A stretch of 64,000 nt of DNA, taken from IMG/VR virus record IMGVR_UViG_3300049043_000244, positions 1 to 64,000 of that record, one strand, 5' to 3'. A program made the translations under genes and the position numbers. Source of the stretch: a virus. Under the pieces are notes generated by a model. That model saw nothing but the letters and a program-made list of their open reading frames with translations, was not told the DNA's origin and made no database searches. This document shows positions 24,425-36,947 of the stretch, in pieces (within the stretch, counting starts at the first letter, position 1; each line of letters starts with the position of its first letter).

Positions 24425-26204
24425 TTATCCGTCCACAATATTATAAACCATTTTAGAATATAATGTAAGGAAGTTATCATAGTTTGATGAAGGTAAGAAT
24501 GGGACTGATACCCCACCTTTACTCATTACTGGTGGGAGCTATGGGTTCACCACCAGATGTTGATTGCGCTTGTGGGTCCTGCCACATTTAATGGAGGAAT
24601 GTTTATTTGTGCAGACTGCGGTGTCGGAGTCTTGAAACGGTTTGTGCAATTTGTTGTTGAGTTGATGCAGGAGTTGGTGCAACTGCAACCTTGGGTTTTT
24701 GTGGAGGTGGCAGGAATAGTTCCCGTTGGTTGTGTGCCCAATTTGCCCACTGGGCCCGTAAAATTATAGAACCAATTTCCACCAGACCTAAATTGTATGT
24801 CTCCAGATTGTTGTTGAATGCCTCCATAAAAATTCAAGTGCACCTTTTACATTTTCTCGTGATGCAGCCAAATATTTTGGATCATTTAATACTGTAGCTG
24901 CGACACTTGCAGATCCTCCACCAAGAATTTGTTGAAGTTTATTTAAACCATCTGGTTCTGCAGTCATCTTGTCGTACATATTCAAATTTTTCTTGAGGAG
25001 TATTTCCTGGTAATTTTGCAATAAATAGGTCCCATATATTCTTTCAGCCTTTTTATCTTCACTTTTACCAAAAATTGCTGCAGAAATAGGAGAAAATTGA
25101 TCATATGCAGACAAAACACCCTGGAATCCTTTACCGTACTTACCAGATGCTGCCCGATTTAACATCACTTGCATCGAATCGGCAGTGTTTCTGGAGATGA
25201 GGCTTCCATAGTTGCAACAAATGCTGCAAGTTTCTCATCTCCTGGAAGGTAGAACTTAAGTGGCAGGCAGCTCTCACCACCCCCACCACCAGGAGGTTTC
25301 TTTCCGTCTTTTGGTGGTGGAGTAACTCCTCCAGCTTTTGGAGAGGCTGGTTGGAGGTTTTCTGGTGCTCAAAGAATTTATTGCTGCAGAAAATCTATCT
25401 AAAATTGCATTAAATCTATCCAACAATGCAGTTGGTATCGTCCCTCCTGCCATGGTGCAGCATTAACACCTCCTCCAGTGTCCAACATTCCACTTATAAC
25501 TTGAGAACCCAAACCGCCAGCTAATCAGCTCCCTAAGCATCACCTGAAGGTTTACCACGTCTCACCAATCTGGACAAAGTGCCCATTGGGCTCCTTCTGA
25601 GATTTCCTCCAGGAATGTCAATATCTAAGTTTAATCCACCCGCTCCACCAGTTGCGGTAGGTAAATTGGATAATTGTTTTACAATTCTTACGATTGTTTG
25701 TCGAATTATTTTTGCAACATTAAACGTTTCTGCGAATACATTTTGTAAGCTTTTAAATTATCGCCAAGAGTTTTTACATTTTTTCTATTACCTAAAAATT
25801 GAATGTATTCGACAAAAGCCGTTTGTATAAATTTAAGAAATTTTGTAAAATTGAATTTGGTTCGTAGGATCAATCTGATTCAAATCTTTGTCGATAGTCG
25901 GATTGAAATTCACCAAGACTCTTATTGACTATCTGAGTTACATTTTGATTTATTGATTGTACTCTATTTTCTACATTTGTTAAAATATTTGATGATAGAG
26001 TTTGAATGATTGAAATTAAATCTGGAGGTTTGGGTGCAACTGCTGTAGGACCTCTTTGAAATCCTACAATTTTATTTGCAGTACTAGCAACAACACCCTC
26101 TCCAAGAGGGAGAACCACCAGTAATAAAATTTTGACAGCTGCAGCTCGTTTGTCGGTCTCTCTCGGACAATAGTATCTGGTCTAAGTGCGGAACTAACTG
26201 CCAC
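24425..26204 (-). CDS. Tail-associated protein with putative SleB/Hydrolase_2-like cell wall hydrolase domain
   Basis: QVMLNRAASGKYG...VLSAYDQFSP...GALEF...GGNWFY; ends YSKMVYNIVDG. Confidence 0.5.
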
Positions 26205-26383
26205 GGTTTGCTGCCTGTTGTGCCTTTAAGTTTTCTTCTTCAATATGTTGTTTCAACAGGGTAAGATAGATATCTCTTTCCCAAGGGATCATGTTTTCAA
26301 TCTCAGTCAAAGAATATTTATGGAACTGCATGAGGGTTAAGTTCATGCGAAAATATGACTCAAGATCAATATGAGACCATCAT
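26194..26383 (-). CDS. gp51: Baseplate hub assembly protein gp51
   Basis: LMQFHKYSLTEIENMIPWERDIYLTLLKQHIEEEN. Confidence 0.85.
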
Positions 26384-27112
26384 CAGCCGAAAAAACTTGT
26401 CAGACCCTCCAGAGTTACAGTATTTTCAACTTTAGTGTTTGGATTGGTGACTGTAAAAGTATGCGATAGTTTAGGGTATAGTCTCAAAAAATCTTTCAAT
26501 TTTCTTAAACTGCTCTGCATTCATACTTTCAATAAACTCAATCAATTCTTTTTTGGTCACATCAGACACAGTCCAGTGCTATCTTCCGTAGTAAAATGGA
26601 TTCAATGCAGGAGGAAATAATATCAAAAGATTTTTCAATGGTTGACAATGATTCTTGAGTAGTGAAATCAAAATTATTTTTGATAAATTGTTCTAATGAT
26701 GGATACTTCATTTTAATGATGATTTGATCATCAATTTTTATTTCTGTTGAATGATCTTCGTCTTTTTGAACTTTAATCTCATCTACAAAAACTTTAACAG
26801 GAACCTCTGTTGTACCATCATCAGAACAAGTTACAATTAAATCTATAGATTCTCCAACGGACTTTCCACGAACATTCAAGAAAATATATTCAATATCAAA
26901 AGATGGTAGTTCTTCTACTTTGATTCCTTTGGTGAGAATACAATCTTTTAAAACCGATTTAAGGCTAAGAGTAATTTGTTTTACCTCTTGACTTTCGAAA
27001 TCCAAAATTAAAACTTTCTCTTCTTTAACTAAAAATGGTCTATATTTTATGAGTTTTCCTGTTGATGGTAATTCCAACTCATAGGTGGGTGTAGGATCTT
27101 GGGGTAATGGAT
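26383..27112 (-). CDS. gp26: Baseplate hub subunit gp26
   Basis: PTYELELPSTGKLIKYRPFLVKEEKVL...FDIEYIFLNVRGKSVGE; ends LEGLTSFFG; late motif CTAAATA upstream. Confidence 0.88.
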
Positions 27113-27138
27113 ATAATGATGTAATCAGATAGTTTTAT

Positions 27139-28102
27139 TTAGAGAGGTTGAAACGAGGGGGAAACATCAAGGAGAGTTAACTCCAAAAGTTGGATTGGTA
27201 AATGTTTCATCTAAACTACTTCCCCAGGCAATAGTAGGAGTGGAGAGACTTATGTCTGGCCAGTTTCGGTGACATTTGTATCTTGATAATTATTTTGACC
27301 GATACCAAAGTGATTTAATATCACATAACGATCATAATTAAAACTTACCGTTGTTTTCGTAATTGTGCTTCCTTCGTAAGTTACTGGAAGTGCAGTTAAA
27401 TTTGTTGGAAATGAATTGATAAATTTATAAGTTAACATGGAAGGAGTTTTTCTAACTTCTTTAGTGTTTGGATCTACGTATATATCTCTTTCAAATTTAG
27501 TTATCGCAAGATCTCTTCTATATGTGTTTGGATATCTAAATCTAAAAATTGATCATCACTAAATTGGCCCACACCCCTCTTGGATTTCCAGTGACCAATC
27601 TGCCTCTTGTACTATAAAGTGGATTAATAAAATTCATCCACTCTTCAAATAAACGAATAATTCCATACTCTGCATCCACATAGAATGTCATTGTAATTTC
27701 CGGAAATTCTTCTAATTGGAAATCTTTCTACAACTCCTTGTCTACTTCCAGTTTCTTCGACGAGACTAAGTGACACTCCGGGAAGAGTGGTTTCGTTGCA
27801 CATAAACTCATAACGAAGTGAATTTAAAGACGAAAATCCACCATTAAACAAGTTTGATCCCAAAACTCCACAAGTAACTAACCAAGCATTAATGTCAGAA
27901 TCTGATTTTGCAGTTGGAAAAGTATCTCCAAGAAAAAGAGTAACTTTAAATTGACTTGTAACTGATAGTTCACCAAAAAGATCACGAACTCCAGGAAAGA
28001 TCCCCGACCATCATTCGTATTCCTAGGCAGAGTCATCCTTGCATAGATTGGATCCACTCTGTACTGATTTGCGGGGAAGTCAGGTCTAAATGGTTCAGCC
28101 AT
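27139..28102 (-). CDS. Tail tube-fold baseplate protein (gp54/gp19-like)
   Basis: FMCNETTLPG...; YKFINSFPTNLTALPVTYEGSTITKTTVSFNYDRY. Confidence 0.65.
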
Positions 28103-28103
28103 C

Positions 28104-28111
28104 TATAAATA
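28104..28111 (+). promoter_or_regulatory. T4 late promoter TATAAATA
   Basis: Exact consensus about 26 nt before gp4. Confidence 0.7.
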
Positions 28112-28136
28112 TTACTTAAGGATCTATAGTATGTAT

Positions 28137-28571
28137 ATGAGTTATAAGGGAAAATACCGTCCAGAAAACCCACGGAAGTATAAAGGTGACCCCACAAATA
28201 TTATCTATCGTTCTTTGTGGGAACGCAAATTCATGAAATATTGTGATTTAAACGAAAATGTAAACCAGTGGAATCTGAAGAATTTTGGATTCCTTATAAA
28301 TGTCCTCTTGATGGTAAAGTTCATAGATATTTCCCAGATTTTTTTGTGAAATATAAAGATAAAAATGGAAATACACGAACAGTTGTCATAGAAATAAAAC
28401 CCAAGAAAGAAGTAGAAATGCCAGAACAAAATCCCAAAAGACGAACAAAGGCATGGGCATACAAAGTACAAACTTGGGTTAAGAATCAAGCAAAGTGGAA
28501 GTGCAAAAGAATATTGTGCAGATCGTAACTATGAATTCCGAATCATGACTGAGGAGGATTTAAGAATATGA
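28137..28571 (+). CDS. gp4: Head completion nuclease gp4
   Basis: YKGDPTNIIYRSLWERKFM...HRYFPDF...IEIKP...NQAKW. Confidence 0.9.
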
Positions 28572-29100
28572 CTTGGAGAGACGAACCTTATCTTGACAAT
28601 AAAGGTTTTGGATATGATTTACTGAAACAGCTAAAGGAAAAAACAAAAGTGGAGATTGGTTTTCTGGACAACTTCGTCAATATCTTGGAGAACTTGATCA
28701 GTCAGACATTAACTTACAAGATACTGGTGGTATCGAAGTTGGACGAATGTATTTCTTCATTTATGGTGCCAACACACAAGACCTTAAGTTTTTTGATAGA
28801 CAACCTCTTACATATATTACTGAAATTGATTATAACAAAAACTATTTTATTGGAATTAATTTACATTATCTCAACAGACAATATCGTGAAGGAATCGCAA
28901 AAGGCCTAATAAATAATCACAGTACCGTAGGTATACCTCGTAATACGATTCATCGTTACTTTTTTTCTGGAGTTGCTGGAGGATTTTTAAGAGTTCCAGA
29001 AAAAGATTGGCCCTCCGTTGCACTATTACCCACTGAAAAATTTGTTGATACAAGAGGTCAGCCTTTTCCCAATCATAAAGCCTGGACGAATCTTAAGCGC
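28568..29100 (+). CDS. gp2: DNA end protector gp2-like
   Basis: GRMYFFIYGA...FFDRQPL...GINLHYL; position after gp4. Confidence 0.7.
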
Positions 29101-30715
29101 GTATCAAAACCTCAGAACGGGATTAGTTACTAAAAATGGAGTTGCATATAATCTCCAATATGATTCTGCCACTGGCAATGTTCAGATTATTCAACAAAAT
29201 GCTCCTGCAGGAACAAATCCAATTTATCAAGATGGTAGTTGGAACGCATCATCAACTGAACTTGGATTTACAACCAACGAAAAAAATCAATTACACATAG
29301 AAACAATTATATCAGTTCAGGCAGCTTATAGAAACATTGGAGGAGTTGCTTCTGGGGCAAAACTACCTCGAATGGGCGAGCTGAAAATTTTTCAAACGGA
29401 ACTCCTGGACAATCATCAATCAATCCACAAAATTCCGTTTCGGGAACTGTTGGTGGAAATGGAGGTATCGGAACTAGGGGAGTACATCAACTGCGCTGGA
29501 GGAGGAACAACTGGTGCCCGGTGGAACTGGAGGAACAACAGGAGGATCAAGCTGGAACCACTGGAGAAGTGGAGGTGGAGGACTTGGGGCTTTGTTTGGA
29601 TTTTTGCAAGACCCCAATCAACTTTATGAAAATTTTGCAGTGAATGGAAACAATTTTGGAGTCGGAAACGAAAAAAACTTATTTGGAAAAGATATGAAAT
29701 ATCCTGAAGATTTGATGACTCAACAACAGGATCATTTTGTAATTTCCCAATATAGATATAAACCATCAAAATGGAAGTTCAATTTTTGGTGGAACTGCAG
29801 CTGCAGTAAGAACATTATCTGGAGGACTTCAAACTACATTCAAATTTAGCTGAACATTATTGGAACAGTTTTCTCCTATGCCAAACAGTGTTGCTGATAG
29901 TAATAATGTTAGTTGGGGAGAAGACTCGATGAGTAATATTGCAGCTGCAGTAACTGCACAAACACTAGGAAATATGAAAGGTAGTGCAGCGAACTGCATC
30001 CATAGGAGCTATTTTGGTTCTCTTCTGGGTGCTGGTGCTGGAAAAGGCGGCGGAACTGCTCTTCTAATCAAAAATTTAGACGCACTGGTCAGAGATGGTC
30101 GTGCAGGTGGACCAGTAACTAGGACGTTATTGGGAAGTGAACTTACATCAATGCTTTTAAAAATCGAAGGACTAGGAGTAGAATCCGAGTCAATTCTTGC
30201 AAGAGGTGCAGGAATTGTTCCAAACTCAAACTTAGAATTATTGTTTAATGCACCAACACTCAGAAGTTTTACTTTCAATTACCGAATGTCTCCAAGAAGT
30301 GCAAGAGAAGCTGAAATGGTTAGAAGAATCATAAGATTTTTTAAACAAGGAATGTCAGTTAAAAAGATGCGAGGAAAATCTGGACAATCATCTTACTTCT
30401 TAGGAACTCCAAATGTTTTCAAATTACAGTTTAGAAATGGAAGAACTAATGAAATTGCTGGCGTAAATAAATTTAAAAGTTGTGCATTAACAAGCTTCAG
30501 TTGTAACTACACTCCAGACGGTTTATGGGACTGCATACGAAAAAGGTCAACCAGTTTCGACAATTATGCAAATGACATTTAATGAACTTGAACCAATTTA
30601 TGATACAGATTATCAACAGGGCAATATTTTTGGTGTTGATAGTCGAACTGGTAAAGTAGATGATATTAATAGGAACGATTTGTCTTCCGTAAGTTCAAAC
30701 TCGGTAGGATACTAA
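29085..30715 (+). CDS. gp48: Baseplate tail tube cap gp48
   Basis: PNSNLELLFNAPTLRSFTFNYRMSPRSAREA...IIRFFKQGM...LGTPNVF. Confidence 0.85.
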
Positions 30716-30716
30716 G

Positions 30717-33062
30717 ATGGCATACTTTAGCGAATTACCAGATCTTCAAGTTCTCAATAGAACTAAAAATCAAGTATCAAATGATGAAAAACTTATTGTA
30801 AAAAATATCTTTAAAGAGACCGAAACTGAGAGAAGATATCGCTTCAGCGGTTTCTGCTTTTGAATATTATTTAATTGCTGAAGATGAAAGACCTGACCAA
30901 ATTGCAGAAAAAATATATGGAGATCCGGAAGTTAGATTGGGTAATATTAACAACCAATAATATTATTAACCTTCAAGATCAATGGCTCATTAAATCTTGA
31001 TAATTTTAATAATTATATGTTAGATAAGTATGGATCTGAAAGTGCATTTACTCAAATTCATCATTACGAATCAATTTCTACCAGAGATTCCTTTGGAAGA
31101 GAAGTTTTTCCTAGTGGACTACTTCTTGATGAGACTTTTTACAATACTCCAGAGTATAGAGACTTAGAAGAACAACCTCCGGGAATTACTTTTCCTGACA
31201 TTTATGTTCCAGGAACTCAAGCAGTACTAACTCCCACAATAGGATTTGGTAATAGTATATCATCCATTCAAATTACAAATCCTGGATTTGGTTATCAACA
31301 ATTTCCTACGGTTACAATTTCCAACCCTCCAGTTACTAGTAATGCTTCCGCAAGTTGTCTAGTATCTAACTTCAGAGTATCTTCAATAGTAAGTTTAGTC
31401 GGAGGTCAAGGATATAACATTCCTCCACAAGTCACTTTTTCAAGTCCAATTGAATCAGTTCAGGCAACAGCTGTATGTGATTTGGGAACAGGAATTTTTG
31501 CTGATCAAGTTACGTCTATTAATAATTTAGTTGGAGGAATAGGATATGGACTTACCGCTCCATCAGTAACATTTTCTCCTTCTCCCAGAGTTGTAGTAGG
31601 ATCATATGTCAATCAATCTACTAATACTGTTGGAAATAGTGTAGAAGGATTTTATCTTAGTTCTAATGGTATTTACTTATATACTGCAAGTTTTACTGGA
31701 GTAAATCAAATTAAACAATATACGTTTAGTAATGGTTGGGAAGTTTCTACAATATCACTAACATATCAACTTGACGTAAGTGCAGATTTTAATTATACAA
31801 CAGGAGTTGAGTTTAAACCAGATGGAACTTTAATGTATGTAAGTGGTGGAGTTGGATTATCTTACAAAATTGTTACATATCAGTTAAGTTCTGCGTGGGA
31901 TCTTTCAACTGCAACAAAGATAAATCAAATAACTATAGCTTCTCCTGGTGGATTAAGGTTTAAATCAGATGGAACCTCAGTTTTTATTCTAGACTTTTCC
32001 AATCCCGACATAATTAGAGAATATTCCATTGGAACTCCATGGGACATCACTACAAGAAGTGGTTCATCCGTAAGTAGTTTAAATATCACTACACCTACGG
32101 GAGACAATAATATTCTAGGATTTACTTTTAATTCCGATGGAACTAAATTATTCGCTACAGCTGGAAGTGCACTTCTAGGATTTATGAATTTAGATTGCAG
32201 TCACCTGGCAAATTAAAGATAGGAACGTATGAATATGCTTTTTTCGTTGGAGATAGAATTGCATCTCCGAGTGATATTTTCATTAAGTCAGACAGAGAAA
32301 AATTTGTAACCGCAGGCGGGACTATTGATAAAATTTTTGAGTATGATTTAACTTCAACTGGCAAAAGGAGTTGCCCAACTGACAAATGGATCAGTAAGTG
32401 GTATTATTATTACAAATCCTGGAATTGCATACACAATAACTCCCACCATTACGATTGGAAATCCATATCCGGCGGTCAGAGGAACAGGAACAGGCAAATC
32501 TAACGAGCTGGTGGTGTTATTACTAATATTACCGTGAATAATGCTGGATTTGGTTATACTGTTGCACCAACGGTGTCTATTCAAAGTGCTCCAATATCAA
32601 GAAACGCAACAATAACATATGAACTATCAAATACCTGGCATAGGAACGGTAAGAGTTATTGATGGCGGTCAAAACTATGTGACAACTCCGACTATTACTG
32701 TAAGTTTACCGAAGAAGTTCTAAATGTAGAAATTGACGAACTATATCAACAAAATCAAAAAACTTGGAAATGGAATGGAACTGAACTGGCAGGAAAAAGT
32801 TACGGAAGAATTTCAATATTTTGATCCAACTACAAATTCCATAATAAAACTTCCAGGATCTACACTTTGCAAACCAGTGACAAATTATGAGTATGAGTCA
32901 AAATTAAATGAAGAAAAAAGATTGTTATTAATTTTAAAACCAGAATACTTGTCGGTAATTGTTACTGATTTTAGAAATATGATGATTTATAATGAAGAGG
33001 ATCCAAATTTTATTAATGAAAAACTTAAGAATACTTATAATGAAAAAGTTATGAGAATATAA
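30717..33062 (+). CDS. gp53: Baseplate wedge gp53 with a large internal insertion (Gly-rich repeats and beta-propeller)
   Basis: MAYFSELP...ERPDQIAEKIYGD..LDWVIL..NNII; IHHYE; C-terminal PVTNYEYESKLNEEKR..ILKPEYL. Confidence 0.8.
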
Positions 33063-33087
33063 AAAGGAGGGGATTTGCCCCTCCTCT
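33061..33087. terminator. Terminator between convergent gp53 and gp32
   Basis: AAAAGGAGGGG-atttg-CCCCTCCT. Confidence 0.7.
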
Positions 33088-33093
33088 GAACTA

Positions 33094-34027
33094 TCAGGAC
33101 TCTGCAAGTTTCTGGAAGTAACTCAGAGCATCATCTGAATCTTCATCATCATCTTCTTCTTGAACTGCAGGACGAGAAATCTCAAAGGAAGGTGAGGAAC
33201 GCTTTGGTGCATATCCACCCAATCCTTTGTTATCATCTACAAGTTCGTCTTCTTCCGAAACAGTTTCGGAATCTTGTCGTGCAGGGAGTTTTCCTCCCAA
33301 CACATAGTCCAGACGCTCTTCAGTTCATCATAAGTCTTGAAGTTTGATGCAGCACTGAACTCGTTAAGATCATTCAGATTCTTATAGATCTTCTCCAGTT
33401 TGTCATCATCATCCAGAAGAGCAGAAGGTTTCTCAAACTCAGACTTATCGTAGTTCCAGTAACCTTCAACCTTACGAATCTTCAGTTTGAAGTTCGCACC
33501 AGTCCAGAAGTCAAAAGGATTGAGCAGCTTCTTCATCTGCAAACTGGGGTTGCATCGCTTCGGTAATCTTGTCATAGATCTTCTTACCGAACTTGTAGAG
33601 GAACACCCGACCCTCATTCTCGGGGTGTGCGGGATCATTCACCACATAAATGTTTGCGTAGTAGGAGAGTTTGCGTTTTTGTTTCCGAGCAATCTCCTTA
33701 TCACGATCAGATCCAGAGTTCCATAGAACACGATTGTGTTCGGACACAGGATCTTTCTGTCCCAGAGTCGTCAGAGAGTTTTCGATGTACCAACCACCAG
33801 GGCCTTGGAACGCATGGCTCCAAACTTGTGCCCAAGGAAGTTCACATCCTTCGGGTGCAGGGAGGAATCGGATGACCGCATAACCATTTCCGGCTTTGTC
33901 TACTTCGGGTTTCCAGAAACGATCATCAGCATCCACCTTCTCCACTATTCAGTTTTTCGACTTGTTTGATCAACTTTTCAGTTAGTGAACCAGCACGGGA
34001 CTGTTTCTTAAGATCAGCAAAAGACAT
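33094..34027 (-). CDS. gp32: Single-stranded DNA-binding protein gp32
   Basis: DDRFWKPEVDKAGNGYAVIRFLPAP...HAFQGPGGWYIENSLTT...NYDKSEF; acidic tail ending LSYFQKLAES. Confidence 0.95.
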
Positions 34028-34071
34028 TTGTATTCTCCGTATTGAGTGTATTTGGCTTTTGGGACGACTTT

Positions 34072-34100
34072 ATCTTACACGACGTAAGAATGGTTGTCAG
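34072..34100 (-). promoter_or_regulatory. gp32 promoter
   Basis: CTGACA-N17-TAAGAT; SD GGAG before the ATG. Confidence 0.6.
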
Positions 34101-34814
34101 TCCTGGTTTGAGATTATTTTTCTTTGTTGGTTTTGCAACTGCAGTAGGTTGTGGTGCATTACGAACATAAACTTTTTGTTTACCAAATTGTTGAGAAGAA
34201 ATATTTGGTTTTCCTGCAACATCTCTTGCAGTTATAAAGAGACAAATCATAACTTGTTTGTTTATTATAATTTCCAGCAGGTCCAAAATTTCCTGTATCT
34301 TGGACGGATGTTGATGCAACGGGGGTGTTCGTTCCAGTGGTTTTGCAGTTATATTGTAATTTTGTTCCAAATGGAGTTGATGGTTTGGAACTTGTCTTTA
34401 GACGCATAAGGAACTGCAACTAGTCTTTGTTTATTATCAAACTTATGTCCACTTGCAGTCAATGTACCAGGAGTATCTGCTTTACTATAAGAACTTACAT
34501 TTACTGGTTTCCAACCATATCTTTTTTGTTCCGAACCAGTATGAGATCTTTGAGTAAATTGTCCTGTTGATTTATTCTAATTCTCCAGGTTGATAGTTCT
34601 TATATGCAAGAACTTTTGTATCTGGTTTTGGTTGTGGTTTTGGTTCCATAAACCCAAAGAGTTCTTGGATTTTTTCATCTTTCCACCCCTTTGACTTTGT
34701 TGTTTTGACTACCTTTTTATTCGCACCAACATCTTCTACTTTCCACCCAATTGGTTTATCCGTATAAATTTTTACTTTCTTTGCTTCATCTAAGAATTGT
34801 TTAAAAGTTTTCAT
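34097..34814 (-). CDS. Protein with MKTFKQFLDEA leader and RlpA-like double-psi beta-barrel domain (frameshifted)
   Basis: SSYSKADTPGTLTASGHKFD...VAVP...PFGTKL...VQDTGNFGP...YDLS. Confidence 0.55.
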
Positions 34815-35083
34815 TAGTCTTTGGGAAGTTCTTCTGGATTTTCTATTTGTAAATCAAATAACAATGGGTGGCATTCTTCATCAATCAAATAATTAGACCA
34901 CCTATACATATCCTCAGTAGTATATTCGTAATTATTTTCTGCCTCTACCTGTATATATGGATCTTCCTGCATAATCAGAGGAAGATCATCAAATGTAAAG
35001 GGAATTCCATTTATGAAATACATATCTACAATCTCACCATTATGGTAACAATAAGAGGAGGTGATCTTGTGGTAGTAAGACAT
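34814..35083 (-). CDS. Hypothetical cyanophage protein
   Basis: Intact 89 aa ORF. Confidence 0.6.
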   Translation of the reverse strand: MSYYHKITSSYCYHNGEIVDMYFINGIPFTFDDLPLIMQEDPYIQVEAENNYEYTTEDMYRWSNYLIDEECHPLLFDLQIENPEELPKD

Positions 35084-35414
35084 TTACATATCTGCGATTT
35101 TGTCTAGACGAGTTAAAGTATTTTCCATCTCCGCAAACAATTCATTAACGTTATTTCCATCAAATCCCAGAAATTTAGCAGCATCTTGAATTCTTTCTTT
35201 CATTTCAAGTGCTTCTGGATCATCAGATAAGGAGAGACGAAAGTAAAGATTCTTTTGTTTCTCCAGAAAAGTTTTCATGAGTTCTACATGTTCCTTCTTT
35301 TGTTCTCTTACTCATAATAGGAGCTTTGAAGGTATCTTGAATAATTCGTTGTTGAAGTTCTTCCATCTCTTTGATGGCTTCCCTTACAATTTCGGATTGA
35401 AAAAATCCACTCAC
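35070..35414 (-). CDS. DUF1825-like protein
   Basis: MSGFFQSEIVRE...LEKQKNLYFRLSLSDDPEA. Confidence 0.7.
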
Positions 35415-36004
35415 AGTACGATCTCCTTTAATGTTTGTGTGTACTTCTCCCTATCAATATTTAGGAAAGACTTGTATTTTTTTATACGTAAACTGACAGA
35501 TTCCCACACTGGATCCAATAAGTTTTTTATCAAATTTTTTAGAAAAATTTAATATCATATCTAAAATTACAAAAGTTTCTATGGATAATGGCATTTTGTA
35601 AATACTTTTTAAGAATTTCTGGATGAGAAGATCCATTAACCTCAAACAATGAGTCAAAAGAATCTTTATGAAGAAACACTTTAGTCTCTGTTTTGAAGAG
35701 ATAAAAGAGACTTTGCGATCTTTTTAACCAGTTTGAATAATTCTTTTCACCTGACTCAATAATTTCACCGATCCACAGTTTTGCAGGATCATCACATTCT
35801 ACAAAGTTAGTCGAAGAAATATTGACGAATTTCATCGTCAGACTTCTGACGAGACATGCGTTCAAAAAAGTAACGATCTTTTCTCTTGTTGAACGATTCT
35901 TTGGAAGCTCGTGACTTCCCACAATATTGAAAGTAATCGTAGTTTGGTTTAGTGAAATGATTCTTGAATGCCAGGTATGTTTTGTATACCTCGATTGGTG
36001 TCAT
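35411..36004 (-). CDS. gp59: Helicase loader gp59
   Basis: YKTYLAFKNHFTKPNYDYFQYCGK...FNKRKDRYFF. Confidence 0.85.
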
Positions 36005-36270
36005 CAGAACATCAAATTTGAGCAACGACTTGTTTTTTTAAGAAAATTAAGTTGAGTTGCCTCACATCTAATTTTTTCTTTAAGTGGTTTTGAAATAAGT
36101 TTCGACACAGATTCAAATTCAATTCCATTTTCTTCACAATATGTGACAATAGCTTCAATATAATTGATTTTTGAAGTGGAGACTAGATATTCAATATCCT
36201 GTGCAAACTTAGACTGACAGAGAAATTTTTCTTTTATGAGTGAATTTACATCTTCAGTGTTATTCTGCAT
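36004..36270 (-). CDS. gp33: Late transcription coactivator gp33
   Basis: NYIEAIVTYCEENGIEFESVSKLISKPLKEKIRCEATQLNFL. Confidence 0.85.
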   Translation of the reverse strand: MQNNTEDVNSLIKEKFLCQSKFAQDIEYLVSTSKINYIEAIVTYCEENGIEFESVSKLISKPLKEKIRCEATQLNFLKKTSRCSNLMF

Positions 36271-36947
36271 GAGTTCTTGTTTCTGTTTTGTATGTGACAA
36301 ATTCTCTAATGTACTTGGTAAGAAGTTTAATATAGTGACCCTTGTTTCTTTTTTCATAGACGAAGCATTCTCCATTGTCAGCGACCATAATAGTAATCAA
36401 TTTTTGGACTGGAATACCAGTCATTTCATAATACATGCAAGCATATGCTGTTTCCTGGACAAAATAGTTTTCAATCCATTCTTCAGGTTTAATTTTCTTC
36501 GAAGTCTTGAAGTCAATAACTGCGAGCTCTCCCTCGTACTCTGCGATGCAATCAACTCTGCCCGCAAGTCCCAAGTAGTCACTATAAAGTGACTTTTCTA
36601 AAGCATGTATATTATTTATACGATCTAGATAGGGTTTAGCTGCAAGAAAGAGAAACTTTGTAACAGGAAGAGGATTGTATTTGTCAATGTCTTCATTTAA
36701 CAAATACTTCTCAACAATATCATGGAACTTGGTTCCACGATCTGTTGCAACCTTAGTGATCTTATTGGCTTCTTCCTCACCAACTTTCTTACGCCACTCA
36801 ACAAATTTCTGTCTGCCATAGAAACTGGTCACAGAAGTAATAGAAGGGTATAACTTACCAGAAGGAACTCGATAAAATCGAGTCCCCTCTATCATTTCTA
36901 ACCTCCAAATCAACTTCTTCTTTTAAATAATCTAAGTGAACAAACAT
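36260..36947 (-). CDS. PD-(D/E)XK exonuclease
   Basis: YPSITSV...RGTKFH...AGRVDCIAEYEGELAVIDFKTS...YFVQETAY. Confidence 0.85.

Noticed and set aside
4-27900. Plus-strand ORFs in the track (e.g. 4..384, 6665..7081, 14437..14880, 17972..18445)
   Set aside because: Antisense shadows of minus-strand genes with no recognisable motifs.
29460-29590. GGA/GGT-rich tandem repeat
   Set aside because: It encodes a Gly-rich linker in gp48, not a DNA repeat element.
36260-36947. Cas4 or CRISPR system
   Set aside because: It is the usual PD-(D/E)XK exonuclease between phoH and gp33; no four-Cys cluster pattern, other cas genes or repeat-spacer array were seen.
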